Positions 63,736-64,000 of a stretch of 64,000 bases of DNA are shown here, piece after piece. The position numbers and the translations under genes are program-made. Within the stretch, counting starts at the first letter, position 1; the number at the start of each line of letters is the position of its first letter. The notes beneath the pieces were generated by a model. The model ran no database searches and was not told where the DNA came from. It worked only from the letters and a program-made list of their open reading frames with translations. The DNA is taken from positions 32,240,001 to 32,304,000 of the forward strand of contig NC_043005.1 in assembly GCF_006345805.1 (NCBI RefSeq), in the 5' to 3' direction. The stretch is from Octopus sinensis (taxonomy: Eukaryota).

Positions 63736-64000
63736 TGTAGTGAAAATGGCATACCCTTTCCCCCGTGACAAAGTGGTATGATTCAGCCACTATGAAGTCA
63801 GACAGTCAGTTGTTGTAGGAGGTCGGTAATAGTAGGGTCATTGTACGAGTTCTCAGTTGGAGTCTGTGTCAGTTATGTGATATATAAAAGTTTGAGTTAT
63901 TGTCAATGTAGATATTTCAAAGTCATTGTCTTGTGGAGCTATCAGTGATAGCATGATTAACAAGTCAAAGATAATAAGACATGGAATACCGTGGCAACAA
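63736..64000 (+). repeat. 3' LTR (partial)
   Basis: Preceded by the PPT and colinear with the 5' LTR up to TGGCAACAA. Confidence 0.9.

Larger units (their letters stand above)
60073..64000 (+). mobile_element. Decayed Ty3/Gypsy LTR retrotransposon (Mag-like gag), 3' LTR cut by window end
   Basis: LTRs start TGTAGTGAAAATGG at 60073 and 63736. PPT AAAAGGGGAGA at 63725-63735. Gag (LLRKL, VNRECERFKL), RT (CADF..GLND, FQQVMD, YLND), RNase H (TDASEY, LQTDH) and integrase (SDNGTQF) remnants are present. Confidence 0.95.

Noticed and set aside
62975-63790. 271-aa antisense ORF
   Set aside because: It is the shadow of the A-rich integrase and 3' region, Phe/Leu-rich with no recognisable motif.

Overview
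AT-rich, repeat-dense animal genomic DNA. The repeat families look like those of octopod cephalopods, but that is recalled, not searched. Most of the window is one minus-strand gene, PDK1/PDPK1 (3-phosphoinositide-dependent kinase 1). Eleven coding exons (24831 down to 549, 1293 nt, 431 codons) splice in frame through GT-AG introns and encode the N-terminus, the full kinase domain and the start of the PH domain. The last exons lie beyond position 1. A probable ATG-only first exon sits at about 57940 in a CpG-enriched region, implying an intron 1 of about 33 kb. The introns carry RTE-clade LINEs and their 3' stubs, several tRNA-headed SINEs, an L1/Tx1-like fragment, two mariner relics, a Tc1 relic, piggyBac-type MITEs, micro/minisatellites and a 1.1-kb foldback. 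A decayed Ty3/Gypsy (Mag-like) provirus occupies 60073-64000. The best leads are: (1) a tRNA/Pol III-headed element whose tail holds a minimal, Penelope-type hammerhead ribozyme; (2) a four-unit array of LTR-end plus tRNA-Ser primer-binding-site motifs in the Gypsy leader; (3) a C4HC3 PHD-type finger inside the RTE reverse transcriptase; (4) the giant intronic palindrome; (5) candidate microexons and an activation-loop insertion in PDK1. All alignments were done by eye and repeat boundaries are approximate.
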